From positions 268,894,001-268,958,000 of the forward strand of contig OZ024740.1 of the NCBI GenBank assembly GCA_964016885.1: 64,000 nt of DNA, read 5' to 3'. Below are positions 14,665 to 26,770 of the stretch, in pieces; within the stretch, counting starts at the first letter, position 1; each line of letters begins with the position of its first letter. The notes under the pieces are model-generated. The model was not told where the DNA came from. It saw only the letters and a program-made list of their open reading frames with translations, and did not search any database. The position numbers and the translations under genes were made by a program. This stretch comes from Eledone cirrhosa (Eukaryota).

Positions 14665-15705
14665 GCACCCTTGGTCAGGCAGGTCTCCTTTTTTTCCTCT
14701 CTCTCGTCTACGATTTCACAGAACTTATGTTTACCGAATTCACAGACTAGATTCCTTCTTTCTCCCGTTAGACCTGTACGGAATTCCTTCCTTGCTCACA
14801 TTCCAACCAGGTTTGATGGTCTTTATTCTCTCTTGTTCACGATTTCACCGAACTTATATTCATGGAAATTTGGGACTTGATTCCTTCTTCCTCACTTTTC
14901 GTTGCTTCACCATCTTTGTTGGTTTACACTCTCGTGTCCACTTTATTTACGTGTCCCAACGACTTTTTTTAGCCGTTGCTCGCACCAACCGGAGGTATAT
15001 GGTCTTTAAAGCGATGACATACCAATGATGGTTGTAAGATCACTGATGAAGGACTAACTTTATTCATATGTAACTCATTAGCAACCACGGAACACGTTTA
15101 TTCTCATACTTACACATATTTTTTCCCTCTCTGTGACCCGTCTATTTCGTTCTTACTGCTTCCTCTTTCTCTGTATCTTTACCCTCTCTAGCAGTCACTC
15201 TCTCTGTTAGCCTATTCCTCACCCTTCACTCACTCACTCTCTGTTACTACCTCTCCTCCTCCTCCTTCTTCCCGTTTGACCTGTGCGTAATTCTTTTCTG
15301 TCGCACCCTTGGTCAGGCAGGTCTCCTTTTTTTTCTCTCTCTCGTCTACGATTTCACAGAACTTATGTTTACCGAATTCACAGACTAGATTCCTTCTTTC
15401 TTCCGTTAGACCTGTACGGAATTCCTTCCTTGCTCACATTCCAACCAGGTTTGATGGTCTTTATTCTCTCTCGTTCACGATTTCACCGAACTTATATTGA
15501 TGGAAATTTGGGACTTGATTCCTTCTTCCTCACTTTTCGTTGCTTCACCATCTTTGTTGGTTTGCACTCTCGTGTCCCCTTTATTTACATGTCCCAACGA
15601 CTTTTTTAGCCGTTGCTCGCACCAACCGGAGGTATATGGTCTTTAAAGCGATGAAATACCAATGATGGTTGTAAGATCACTGATGAAGGACTAACTTTAT
15701 TCATA
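14665..15705 (+). repeat. Two ~400 bp direct repeats (14665-15068, 15303-15705), pLTR-like, between microsatellites
   Basis: Near-identical copies from GCACCCTTGGTCAGGCAGG to CACTGATGAAGGACTAACTTTATTCATAT. A diverged reverse copy lies at ~9180-9305. Confidence 0.85.
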
Positions 15706-15719
15706 TATATATATATATT

Positions 15720-15876
<157 letters not shown>

Positions 15877-16553
15877 GTGCGTGCGTGTGTGTGCGCGCGC
15901 GCGTGTGTGTGTGTGTGTGTGTATATATAGAGAGAGAGAGAAAGAGAGAATAGGATGGATTGGCCGTGTAGCTGCTAGTTAAGGTAGTTTAAAATGGAGT
16001 GAGATTAAGAAGAAAGCAAGAACGGAGAGAGTTTCCTCATCAGTTGTCTACTGGGGATCTCGGATATTTGCACGCTTTAAAGACAATATATCTACCGCCC
16101 AGAGCGTTCAATGACTGGGTAAGTTATTGGGAAACCGGAGGAGGGAGGGAAGGAAAATAGAAGGGAAAAGGGAAGAAAAGAGAAAACAGCGAAAGAACAG
16201 CAAACCGAGCAATGTGCGAACAAGTTAAGGTAAGAAAATCCAAGACCACAGCAAAAGAATTTAAATTCAAGAGCGTATGTGCGAGCGAAAATACACGTCT
16301 AATCCCAGCGTGTTGTAAGTGAGAAAATAAATACTAGAGAGTCAGGTGAGGGAAACAATGAGGTGGCAGGCAGAGAGAGGATGAGTGAAAGTAAGGGGGG
16401 GGAGGAAGAAAGGGGGGAAAGAGTAGATAGTAACGAAATAGGGGGGTAGAGGGAGAGAGAAGATTTGTCACAGCGAAACATGATAAAATATATGGAGAAT
16501 ATGATTGGCTGTGTAGTTGCCACTTAAGGTAGCTTAAAATGGAGTAAGAAATG

Positions 16554-16584
<31 letters not shown>

Positions 16585-16984
16585 TAATAATACCTCCTGC
16601 TAAAACATGCATCGTAGTGTCCCAACTAAAAGAGGAAGGCATCAAAAGATATAAATAGACTGATTTGATGACCCGGTCAAAAAATCAAAAAACCAAAAAT
16701 CAAAATCAAAACAGCACAGCAACAACAAAAAACGTAAAGAAATAAAAATGAAAAGAAAAACAAACAGACAGAGAAGGAAACAAAAAAACTTAGTCAGACA
16801 TTCAAACATTACATTACAATGAAACTTATGCTTATACTTTTAGTTGTTTTTTTTACCTATTTGTTTGTTTGTTTATTTATGTTCGTCTACAGCGTGATAT
16901 TGCCACACTAAAATCACCGGAGGTGATGAAATCACCGGTGGTTATGTAACCATACATTCACCAATCCTCGATAAGAGTGTTTAA

Positions 16985-19900
16985 ATGTTGAACCTAAACA
17001 GTGAAGTGGAGACTGGAATATCATGTGACAGCAGGTGCTCCCTGGCTCAGCAGCAGGGACCTGGCTGTCAATCAAATACTGCTGGTGTTGGAGGAAGAAG
17101 AAGAAGGAAAGGGACCAGAACCAACTGGACCAAAGAAATGAATAGAACTGTTATGCAATGTTACCTGAAGAGTAACCCCAAGGAAACGGATGCATAACAT
17201 CTGGAACGAGATTGGTCTATTTAAATTAGATGAACAAAAATTGGCCGGGAAGGCTCGGGTAATAAGAACTAATGGGTGGATAAGCGAGCTGGAACTGGAG
17301 GAACAGAGCAGAGATATTAGGTTGGAAATGGAGAGTGGAGTATGCCAGGAAAACGAGCCAGTGGGAAATGAAGGTGAAGAGGTTGAGAGAACGGAGGAAC
17401 CATCCGAAGCAGACAATGATCTGAATGCTGAAATGCTGAAAATGAATGCTGAAATAAATAATACCTGGAACAGAGATACGGCCGTTGAGGAGATGAATGC
17501 TGACGGGCTAGGACAAGATTTGGTTGATATCCTAAACTTAGTGGTATATGAAGAAACGACTGAATTGTCAAATCAGGGAAATGAGAAATGACATTGGAAA
17601 GCTTGAGTCCCTACTGAATGGGACACTAAAAAACATAGACACTAAAAATAGACTGGAAATAAAGTACAAAACTAGGAGGAAAAAGCTAAATATTATCATA
17701 GAGGAACTGAACCAACGCATTGTAGCAAAGAGTGCAAAAATGAGGCGATACGAGAGCAGAGTCAGTCAGTATAGACAAAACCGCATATTTGACAACAACC
17801 AGAAGATGCTGTTTGGAAAGCTTGAAGGGAAAGAAAGAGGCAACGACTTGATCCCTGAGGCAAAACAAAATAAGACAGTCTGGAGAGGAATATGAGAGCA
17901 GGATGTTAAACATAATGGCCAGGCAGAGAAAGTACAAAAGGAGATTAATGAACAGGCACACCAACAAACTGAATTGAGTATCACAGTTGAAACTCTTAAG
18001 GGGCAGGCCAAGAAACTAACCAACTGGAAATCACCAGGCCCAGATGGTGTGCAGGGGTATTGGATTAAAAATATAACATCCCTCCACTCGAAACTGACAA
18101 CCATGTTCAATGACTGCTTGATGTCAGGTGAGGTACAAGAGTGGTTGACAAAAGGTACCACGGTTATGGTAATGAAAGACCGAATCAAGGGTAATGATGT
18201 TACCAACTATAGACCTATCACATGTCTGTCCGTAATGTGGAAACTGTTGACAAACATTGTGTCTGAGGAAATCTACCATCACCTCCACACAAACAACTTG
18301 TTACCGGACGAACAGAAAGGATGCCGAAAGAAGTCCCGTGGTACAAAGGACCAGTTACTTACTGATAAGATGGTAATGAGGAATTGCAAGCGGAGACACA
18401 CTGGTCTGGCCATGGGATGGAAAGACTACAAAAAGGCATTTGACGTGGTGCCTCAATCTTGGATCACCAAAAGCCTAGAGATCTTCAAGGTGGCAGATAA
18501 CATCAGACAGCTGTTGGGCAAAAGTATGAAGTCCTGGAAAACAGAGTTAACATCAGCTGGAGAATCCTTGGGAGGCGTGAAGATCAAGAGAGGTATCTTC
18601 CAGGGAGATAGTCTCTCCCCTCTATTGTTTGTCCTTGCCCTGATGTCCCTGACCATTATACTGCGAAAAGTGAGAGCAGGATACAAGTTGGGAAAGGGAG
18701 AGTTTACCATCAACCACCTCCTCTTCATGGACGATCTTAAGCTCTTCTGGAAGAGTGAGAAGGAGTTGGATGGGCTTGTTGACACTGTCCGTATGTTCAG
18801 CAATGATATATGTATGCAATTTGGTATTAGTAAGTGTGGAGTCCTAGTGATGAAGAGGGGTAAATTGAGCAGAAGCAACGGAATCCAAATACCAACAGGT
18901 GAGATGATAATGGAAATTGACACTGAAGAAGGATACAAGTATTTGGGTGTTAGTAGGCTGATGAAATCAAGTACAAAAAGATGAAGGAATTGATAAGATC
19001 TGAATACATTCGGAGAATAAGGAGCGTATTAAAATCACATCTGAACAGTAGGAATGCCATAAGTGCAGTAAATTCCCGAGCTGTGTCTATTAGTAGGTAC
19101 AGTGCGGGAATTCTGAGATGGAATGTTGCTGAACAAAAAGAAATGAATAGGAAGACTAGGAAGCTACTGACTATCTACAACATGTCCCACAAGAGGAGTG
19201 ATGTCGATAGCCTCTACTTGAGAAGATCTGAAGGTGGAAGAGGTCTTATCAGCATAGAGGACTGTGTTCAGATGGAGAAAAACAACCTACACAAATACGT
19301 GACTGATAGTAAGGAGCCAATGCTCAGAATTGTACTGAAGGAGAGGACAATAGACCAGGGGATGTCCAAGGAGGAAATAACAACAATTAGAAAGAGCAGC
19401 CTTCATGTAAAATCCCTTCATAGTACCTTCTTTGAGAAAACTGAATTCAGAGATCTACAGACATGGAACTGGTTGAAAAGAGGAGACCTTAAAAAGGCTA
19501 CAGAAGGAATGCTAATGGCTGCGCAAGAGCAGGCCCTCAAAACGAAGTGGCTGAAACACCATATTGACAAGGAGGAGGCTAGCCCACTGAGCAGCATATG
19601 TGGAGAGAGAGAGGAGACTGTGGCTCACATTGTATCCGAGTGTAAACACCTAGCCCAGACTCACTATAAAGGCTGGAGACATGATGTGATGGGCAGGGTG
19701 ATCCACTGGCACCTATGCAAAGTAAACAATTTACCACATTCTGAGAAGTGGTATGAGCATAAACCAGAGTCAGTGATAGAAAACGATCAGGTGAAGGTGC
19801 TGTGGGATTTTAGGATACAGACGGACAAGAAATTGGAACACAATAGACCTGACCTGGTGGTTTTGGACAAGGAAAAATGATCGTGCCTGATTGTGGATGT

Positions 19901-20233
19901 GGCCTGCCCATTCGACACGAGAATGCAAGAGAAGGCGAGGGAGAAAATTAACCGATACCAGGACTTAAAGTGGGAGGTAAAAAGGATTTGGAACTGCCAT
20001 GAAGTCAAAGTGGTCCCGGTTGTCATAGGCGCACTAGGTACTATCTCAAAGAGTTTCCAAGGATGGTTAAAGAAAATTGGCCCCGCTTTTTGGAACACTT
20101 CAAAAGGCATGCTTGCTGGGAACAGCAAGAATCCTCCGATACGTCCTGAATATCTGAGGCTGCAAGTAATGGCTTGATATTCATTTCAAAAACTTTTCTA
20201 TTACATAACATCAATGACTGTAACTCTAAGAAC
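16985..20233 (+). mobile_element. R4/Dong-clade RLE non-LTR retrotransposon, near full length, frameshifted
   Basis: N-terminal WTKEMN...CY...W domain; RT with KSPGPDG, NYRPITCL, DYKKAFD, GIFQGDSLSPLLF, LFMDD; degenerate CCHC; RLE motif NRPD..VDVACP..EKINRY; 3' end runs into (AAT)n. The 5'UTR may extend to the (AAT)n at ~16590. Confidence 0.93.
17974..20156 (+). pseudogene. Reverse transcriptase / restriction-like endonuclease polyprotein (disrupted)
   Basis: ORFs 17974..18984, 18981..19880 and 19893..20177 join across frameshifts and a stop at 19878-19880. Confidence 0.9.
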
Positions 20234-20250
20234 AATAATAATAATAATAA

Positions 20251-20483
20251 AAATGGTTTCTTAATTGGCCGCAAGGGCTGACATCAAGAAAAACATTACA
20301 GACGGCACAGGACGGTACAGGGCGGTACGATGTGGGTTTTGAGCCTGTAAAGATTTTTATTATTTATATAAGAAAGGAAGAAAAAAATAGATATAGAAAC
20401 ATATATATTTATATATAAACAATAAAAATGAAAATTGAAACAATGAAAAAAAATCCCCAATAAGGGGGAGACTTCCGAGGGTT
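20251..20483 (-). mobile_element. 5'-truncated Tx1-like LINE stub (3'UTR only) in (AAT)n
   Basis: AAAATCCCCAATAAGGGGGAGACTTCCGAGGG and CAGGACGGTACA match the 3'UTR of the full copy at 20725-20890; AAT repeats on both sides. Confidence 0.85.
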
Positions 20484-20504
20484 AATAATAATAATAATAA
20501 TAAT

Positions 20505-20692
20505 TGGTTCTACTTTTCGCACAAGGCCAGCAATTATCCAGTGCATTACTGGTACTTTATTCTATCGACCCCGTAAGGATGAAAGGCAAAGTTAACCTCG
20601 GCGGTATATGAACTCAGAATGGCAAGGGCCGTAACTCTATACGTCAAAGCATGGCGTCCGACCCTCTACCAATACTCCCAATCCACCGCCCT
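20505..20692 (-). mobile_element. tRNA-derived SINE in (AAT)n
   Basis: Reverse complement of the 7549 family, between two AAT tracts. Confidence 0.92.
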
Positions 20693-20974
20693 AATATAGT
20701 AATAATAATAATAATAATAATAATGATTTCTTTATTAACGTCAAGGGTTTACATAAAGTAGACATTAAGGACAGTGCAGGACAATACAGGACGGTACAAA
20801 TGGGCATTTCTGCGTGTAAAAAACAAAAACAGAGGATGTAACAAAAAATAACAATGAAAAATTCCCCAATAGGGGGGAGACTTCGGAGGGACATTTGTGG
20901 AGAAAGCCCAGTAAAAAGCCACAATGACCCTGACCACCAAGGCAAGTGCGCTCTCCCTGTTTTCCACCTTTAAT

Positions 20975-23900
20975 TTACAGATATATACTCAGAGTAGGCC
21001 CATTCACTCGGGCCATTCTTGCTTCTCTCACCCATCTTTCAACAAAATGCTGGGAAGAGAGCACTTCCCTCTCTACTCTGATTTTCCTTTTCAAATGAAA
21101 TTTGAAAAAGTCAATCAGAGCATCACCGAAGAGGTAAGTGCTCGTCTTCAGCCCTTTCAAGCGTGTCCACCATACTATCTCTTTCGCCATGGCCACCAGA
21201 CAGATAAAAACTGCCTGCCCTTCCCGGCTAAAGGAGGAGGGCGGGGAAATCCTCACGATGGACTCAGATGATAGCCGGATCCGTCCTAAACGCGACAGCA
21301 GGTGTTCGACATGAACCCACAAGTCAGCAATTTTCGGACAATGGACGAGTGCGTGCAGGACGGTTTCGTCGCCCTGCGCGCATCTCGGACATGCCCGGCT
21401 GACGGCACCTCCATGCCTGTAGAGTTTATCCCGAACTGGCAAGGCTCCTCGGTAGCACTGCCAGGCCAGAGATTTCTGGAAGTTGTCCATAGGCCCCGGC
21501 CCGAAAGTTCTTCCGAAGAGATTGGCTAGTTGATTTTCGTCGACGCCTAGAGTTTCCCCAAGTACGTCGTCGCTCTTCCCCTCCACTAATCCTCTATAGA
21601 ACGCCGAGGTGGAGTTTCCACCGATCACATTGCCCGATTAGTCGAGGGCTGTGAGCGCCTGAAGACATTCCAGTCTCCAGACGCTCCCTCTCGGTCTTCG
21701 CTTGACCCAGGACTGCAGCTACGTCAAGGAAACGAGCTGGGGAAATACGCGTCTAGCAAACGGCGACCACACCTGATCACCGTCGAGGAAGAGGTGGAGA
21801 TGTCGTAGCCTGAGTACGTGCCTGCGCATCATCAGCCACGGCATGCCCAGCCCTCCACGTAGCGGGTGTTGTCAACAGATGGACCGCCTGACCATCGGAG
21901 CGCATCCCTTCCACAAAAAGCGAAAGAGCAAACGCTCCAGCGCAGTCAGGCGAGGCATAGGACAAGGTACGACAGTCAGGCGGTAGCAGATGACAGACGC
22001 GATGTACGCGTTAGCCACCTCCGCTCGACCTTTCAGGGATAGCTTCCTCTCCGCCCATTTCTGGGTGAGAGAAGCCACCCTGCTCGTCACCTCGTCCCAG
22101 TTTTTGTCCGTCTGGAGGTCCGGACAGAACCAGACCCCTAGCAATTTAACCGGTCCGTCCGTCCAGCGTCCGACGACGCTGTTGGACGGCATGGACCTGC
22201 CTCTCCAGGTGCCGAGCTGCAGGCCCACTGACTTTTCCTGGTTGTTCATTGCTCCTGTCACCGCTTCGTATTCTCTTAGTGTGGTGCCGATCGCCTCGAT
22301 GTGTTTGGCGTTCGACACCACTACGGTGACATCGTCCGCATATGCTGACACGGATCTTCCGCATCCTAGTTCGCGCGGGACGCCCCTCAACGTCTCCAGT
22401 TTGTGCAGTAATGGCTCGAGAGTCAATACGTACAAGAGGGACGAGAGGGGACATCCTTGGCGGACCGAGCGCATGATGTTGAACGGTTCCGACAGGTGAC
22501 CGTTCACTCTCACCACAGAGCAGATGTCGCTGTGCATGGCAGCGATCCAGCCTCTGAAGACGGGCCCAAAACCAGCCGCCCTCAGGACTGCCGCTAGGTA
22601 ACGATGGTCGACCCTATCGAAAGCTTTCGACTGATCTAAATTGATCAAGGACCCACCCGTGCCAGGTTCCCTAGCTACCCTCTCTACGATGTATCGCATG
22701 AGGTGGAGGTTGTCGTGGATGGATCTGTCGGGAATGGCGCATGTCTGCGCCTCTCCCACCAGACCACCAACGACAAGCGCCAACCTCTTTGCTAGCACCT
22801 TGGCCAAAATCTTGAACTCTGTGTTTAGCAGAGTTATGGGCCGGAAATTATCTATGTTATCCCCCTTGTTCGGATCCTTTCTCAGCAGCGCCACCGCTCC
22901 TCGGCTCACAGAACTGGGAATTCTCCCGTTCTGTTGCCAGTTGCAGTAGACGTCCGCCAAGAGGCGTCCGAACAAGTCTGGCATCTGTACGTAAAGTTCA
23001 TAGGGCAGACCATTCAAACCAGGCAATTTACCCCTTGTGCAGCCAGTCATTGCCTCCCTTACTTCAGCGGCTGTTATCGGCTTTTCGCAACACTTCGCCT
23101 CAGTGGCCGAGAGCCGCGGCAGTCCGTCGAGGTAGACACTAAAGTCCATCCCTCGACCCGGCCCACCGCTTCCCGCGAACAGCTGAGCGAAGTGTCGCTG
23201 AAAAGCTTCACACATTTGCCCGGAATCGAGTAGCATGCGCCCGTCGTGGTCCACCAAAGACCGGATCGTGGCTTTGTTGCCACGACGCGCCTCCGCCAAT
23301 CGGGCCCATTGAACGGCTTTCGTCCCCTCGTGTCTAAGAGCACGCACCCTTGCTTTGACAACGCAGCCTTCGTGCTTTGCATTGAAGAATTGGTCAAGGG
23401 CCAATTTCGCCGCAAGCACGTCGGTCGCAATGCCTTTGCTAAGCGCCTCGTCTAATTTTCTAACTAGTTCTCCCTCTTCTCTATTTTTCTCTATTGCTAA
23501 AGCCTTACTAAACCTAATGGATTCTATTCTAATCGCTCTTTTCAGAGCAAACCACCACTTGTTGTTGACGATGGCCCCCGTCAACGCCCGCTTAACTAGT
23601 TCTCTAATCCGGTCTCTGTAGGCCTTGCGCGCTGGTAAGGACGCGTTTAGCTTCCAGTAGCCGGGTCCTCGTCTATGAAGCCTATCTAAGTCAAGCACAC
23701 AGATCACGAATTTGTGGTCCGTGTAGCTAACTATCTTGAATTGTGGACAGCCTATGCTAGACCTATCTATTTCCCTACAAAATACTCTATCTAGATATGA
23801 TCTGGATGACCCTATGCGATTTGTCCAAGTCCACATTGGCACATTCGGGAAATCCAATCGGTACCTGTCAGACAGTTCAAAACGCCTGAGCAGGTTGGTG

Positions 23901-24393
23901 AGGCTCTTGCACCCTCCACCCCTATCCGCTAATCCCACACAGTCCCAGCGTGCATCTAAGATCCCGTTCCAGTCGCCCACTAACACTAAAGAGCGGGACG
24001 TTCCAAGAAAGGTCTCCAGACGCCGGAAGAAATCAGGCCGCCCTGCTCCTGTCGGGGCATAGACGGCCACTAGCCTGAAAGCTTGCCCGTCTCCGCTGGT
24101 CACGTCCAGCACCACCAGCTTACCCTCTGGGTCCAGGAAGATGGCCCGTATGGCGAGATCCAAACCTCTCCGAAAAAGCACAGCAACTACTCCCCCGATC
24201 CAGGACGGCTGGGAGATGCGTACACATCGTAGCCGCCGAAGATTGGTGCGAAGGCCCGTGCTTCGGAGATTCTGGTCTCGCTGATGGCCACTACATCTAT
24301 GTTTAGTGACCTGAGGTCGTTGAGCAGGTGACCTTGCTTCCATGACGACCCCAAGCCACGCGCATTTATGCTGCCTATTCTGAGTGAGGTCAT
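20975..24393 (-). pseudogene. LINE ORF2: AP endonuclease, reverse transcriptase, zinc finger (frameshifted)
   Basis: SINARGL, ISET, AVYAP, GDWN, SYLD, TDH (APE); NFRPITLLN, DQSKAFDRV, VRQGCPLS, AYADD (RT); CPRC..ETVLHALVHC. Frame breaks near 24.2 kb and 21.6-21.9 kb. Confidence 0.93.
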
Positions 24394-24428
24394 GTTTAAA
24401 ATAGAGTGGAAAAGATGGGAAAGACCAC

Positions 24429-26500
24429 TTACCGTACTTTTGGTAGAGGAGGGATGGTTTTTACATCCCTTTTCACTTGATCGTCCCTTCGGCTGGTCGT
24501 CGGCTCTTCTATGAGTATGTCCGAATATACTCTTCGGTTGATAGTTCCTCCTAGGTCTCTGAAATCACCAACTGCGTTGGGGAATTTCGTTTTAATGTTT
24601 GTGTATTGTTTCTGTGCTATTTTTAGCAGTCTTATGTTAGTTGGCGTTTTGATTGGTGCTGGTATTATGTAGTCGTGTTGTGAAATGTCTGTGTTCAATT
24701 ATGTAAGTCATTAGTTTCTTGTTGTGTGTATTTATTGCCGTGCATTTGTTTTTCTGGGGGTGGGGTGTGGTTCTGCTATTTTCTTGTCGTTGTTGCTGGG
24801 TGTGTGTGTTTTGTTGTTGTGTTTGCGATGTTGGTGCTTGTGGTGGTGGTGTTTAAGGTGTTGTTGGCGGTGGGGTTGTCGCCGGTGGTGATGGTGGTGC
24901 TAGTGTGGGTGGTGATGGTGTTGGTGGTGTTGCTGCTGTGAGTCTCTTTGCAGTAGACTTTACCCTTTTCTCATTTCTTTCCTCCCTTTTCAAAGGCGAC
25001 GATGCGCTACTTCTGCGTTTGTGCCTTCTTACGACCTTTTGCCATCCCTCTCCCACCTCACACTCCATGTCTGATTCTGTGAGGTCGGGGAGGGGTACCA
25101 GCTCCACTCTTTCACTTGTTGTTGTTGGTGATGTTTGCACTGGAGTCTCTCTTGCAGCTGCATTTGGTATTGCTGTTGTTGTTGTTAATACTTCCACTGC
25201 TGCTGCTGTTTTTGATTTCCGTGGCATGGGTATGGGTGCCACGGACCTATCGTTCCTGGTTGCCGCTTGTCCTGTTGCTGGTAGCCGTGGAGCCGGTTTC
25301 GGAAGGAGGGAGGTTTTCTCCTTTCTCAGGGTCTTCTCGTTGCAGAAGGCTCTGAGGTGAGTCTTCGATCCACAGCGAAAGCATTTCGGGCGTTTGCCCT
25401 CAACACTTATGGGCAGTTGAGTGCCGTTATCGAAGTCTATCACATCCGGGATGCACTCCTGGTTGGTTTGGATTAACATCTCAATGGAGGTGCCGACCCA
25501 ATCTTCTCTTACTTTTTTCTGTACTTGCAGTACAGTTGTTTTGTCCTCGATTCCGACGAGGACAGACGCGGCCAGCCAAGAAGGGGCCATCCCGGGGGGG
25601 GGGGGGGGTCAGTTTGACCCTCACAATTTTTTGCCCGCAGTAGGAGGGCACCAACACCATTTCCTCGCTCCTTAGGGTCACTAGGGATTGAGCCTTTGCC
25701 TCCTGGGGTGTGGCAAAATGTACGTCTACGGTGGCATATTTCTTGCCTCGGGTGATGTGCGTTTTCCGCTGCCACACAGACCCCAAGGCTTTTTGTATTT
25801 GAGCCTCTGTGGCTCTTTCAACCCTACGGGATTCTGTACTTACTGTACGGTACGTGACCGTACAGTGCTGTTGGGTTTCGAAAAATTTTTCCGCTGCCTT
25901 GCAGATTGCTCGGTGTCCACTTTTTGTCACCATCTTCTTCGCTTCCTCTAATTCCTCATTTGTTATGAGGATTGTTTCCAGGTTCTTCGCGATACCTGCA
26001 AACGAGATTGGTTTTTCTTTGCTGCTGTTGTTGTTGTTGTCGTCAGAGCTGCTGTTACTTTTGTTGTTGCTGCAGGTACTACGACTACTGCCGCCGCCGC
26101 TGTTGCTGTGGTTGTTGTTGTTGTTGTTGCTGCTGCTAATGCTGTTGTTGTTTATGCTGCTGCTGATGCTGTTGCGGCTGCTACTGTTGTATTCATTGTC
26201 ACTGTTGCTGTTGTTATTACGGCTGCTACTGCTATTATTCCTGACGTCAGACGAATGAAATAGGTTTTCGTATTTCCCGCACACCTGTTTCGTCGTTGTC
26301 GTCGTCGTCGTGGAGAAATCTTGCACGCTTTGCACGAGACTTTTCTTTTCTGTCGTCGCTTGCGAAAGAGAAGGGAGGGAGAGAGACACATTTAAAGAAG
26401 GGAGGGAGAGAGACAATCTTCTCCCTGCTGTAGTGACGATTGAGGAAGAAGAAGACGGAATGAGTGGGAGTGGCCTATGAAAATTCTTTTTCGTAGCCAT
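24429..26500 (-). pseudogene. LINE ORF1, gag-like with CCHC zinc knuckle (frameshifted)
   Basis: ATG at 26500, Asn/Ser low-complexity N-terminus, CFRCGSKTHLRAFC knuckle, Thr/Pro-rich tail. Frame break at the G15 run 25594-25608 and again near 24.7-24.85 kb. Confidence 0.85.
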
Positions 26501-26716
26501 GTTGTTTTTTTTGTTTAAAATAAATATTGGGCACAAAACCCCAATAAGCAGTTATTTAACCCCGAAGAGCCAAATAACGGGCAGAAAGACCCCTCTCACG
26601 AGGAGGAGGGTGTTTTTGTCTACAAGTTGGTTAAAGTTTTAAACAATTTACAATTGTTATAGCGTTCAAAATTTACAATACCTTACAAAGCCGAGCCTCC
26701 GTCAACCATAGCATTC

Positions 26717-26770
<54 letters not shown>

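Larger units (their letters stand above)
20725..26716 (-). mobile_element. Full-length Tx1/L1-clade LINE (~6 kb) inserted in (AAT)n
   Basis: Two-ORF layout, with AAT tracts at 20700-20724 and 26717-26770. ORF1 has a CCHC knuckle; ORF2 has APE, RT and a C-terminal zinc finger. Confidence 0.95.

Noticed and set aside
25809-26258. Leu-rich ORF resembling a membrane protein
   Set aside because: Antisense of the AAC/AGC repeats in Tx1 ORF1.
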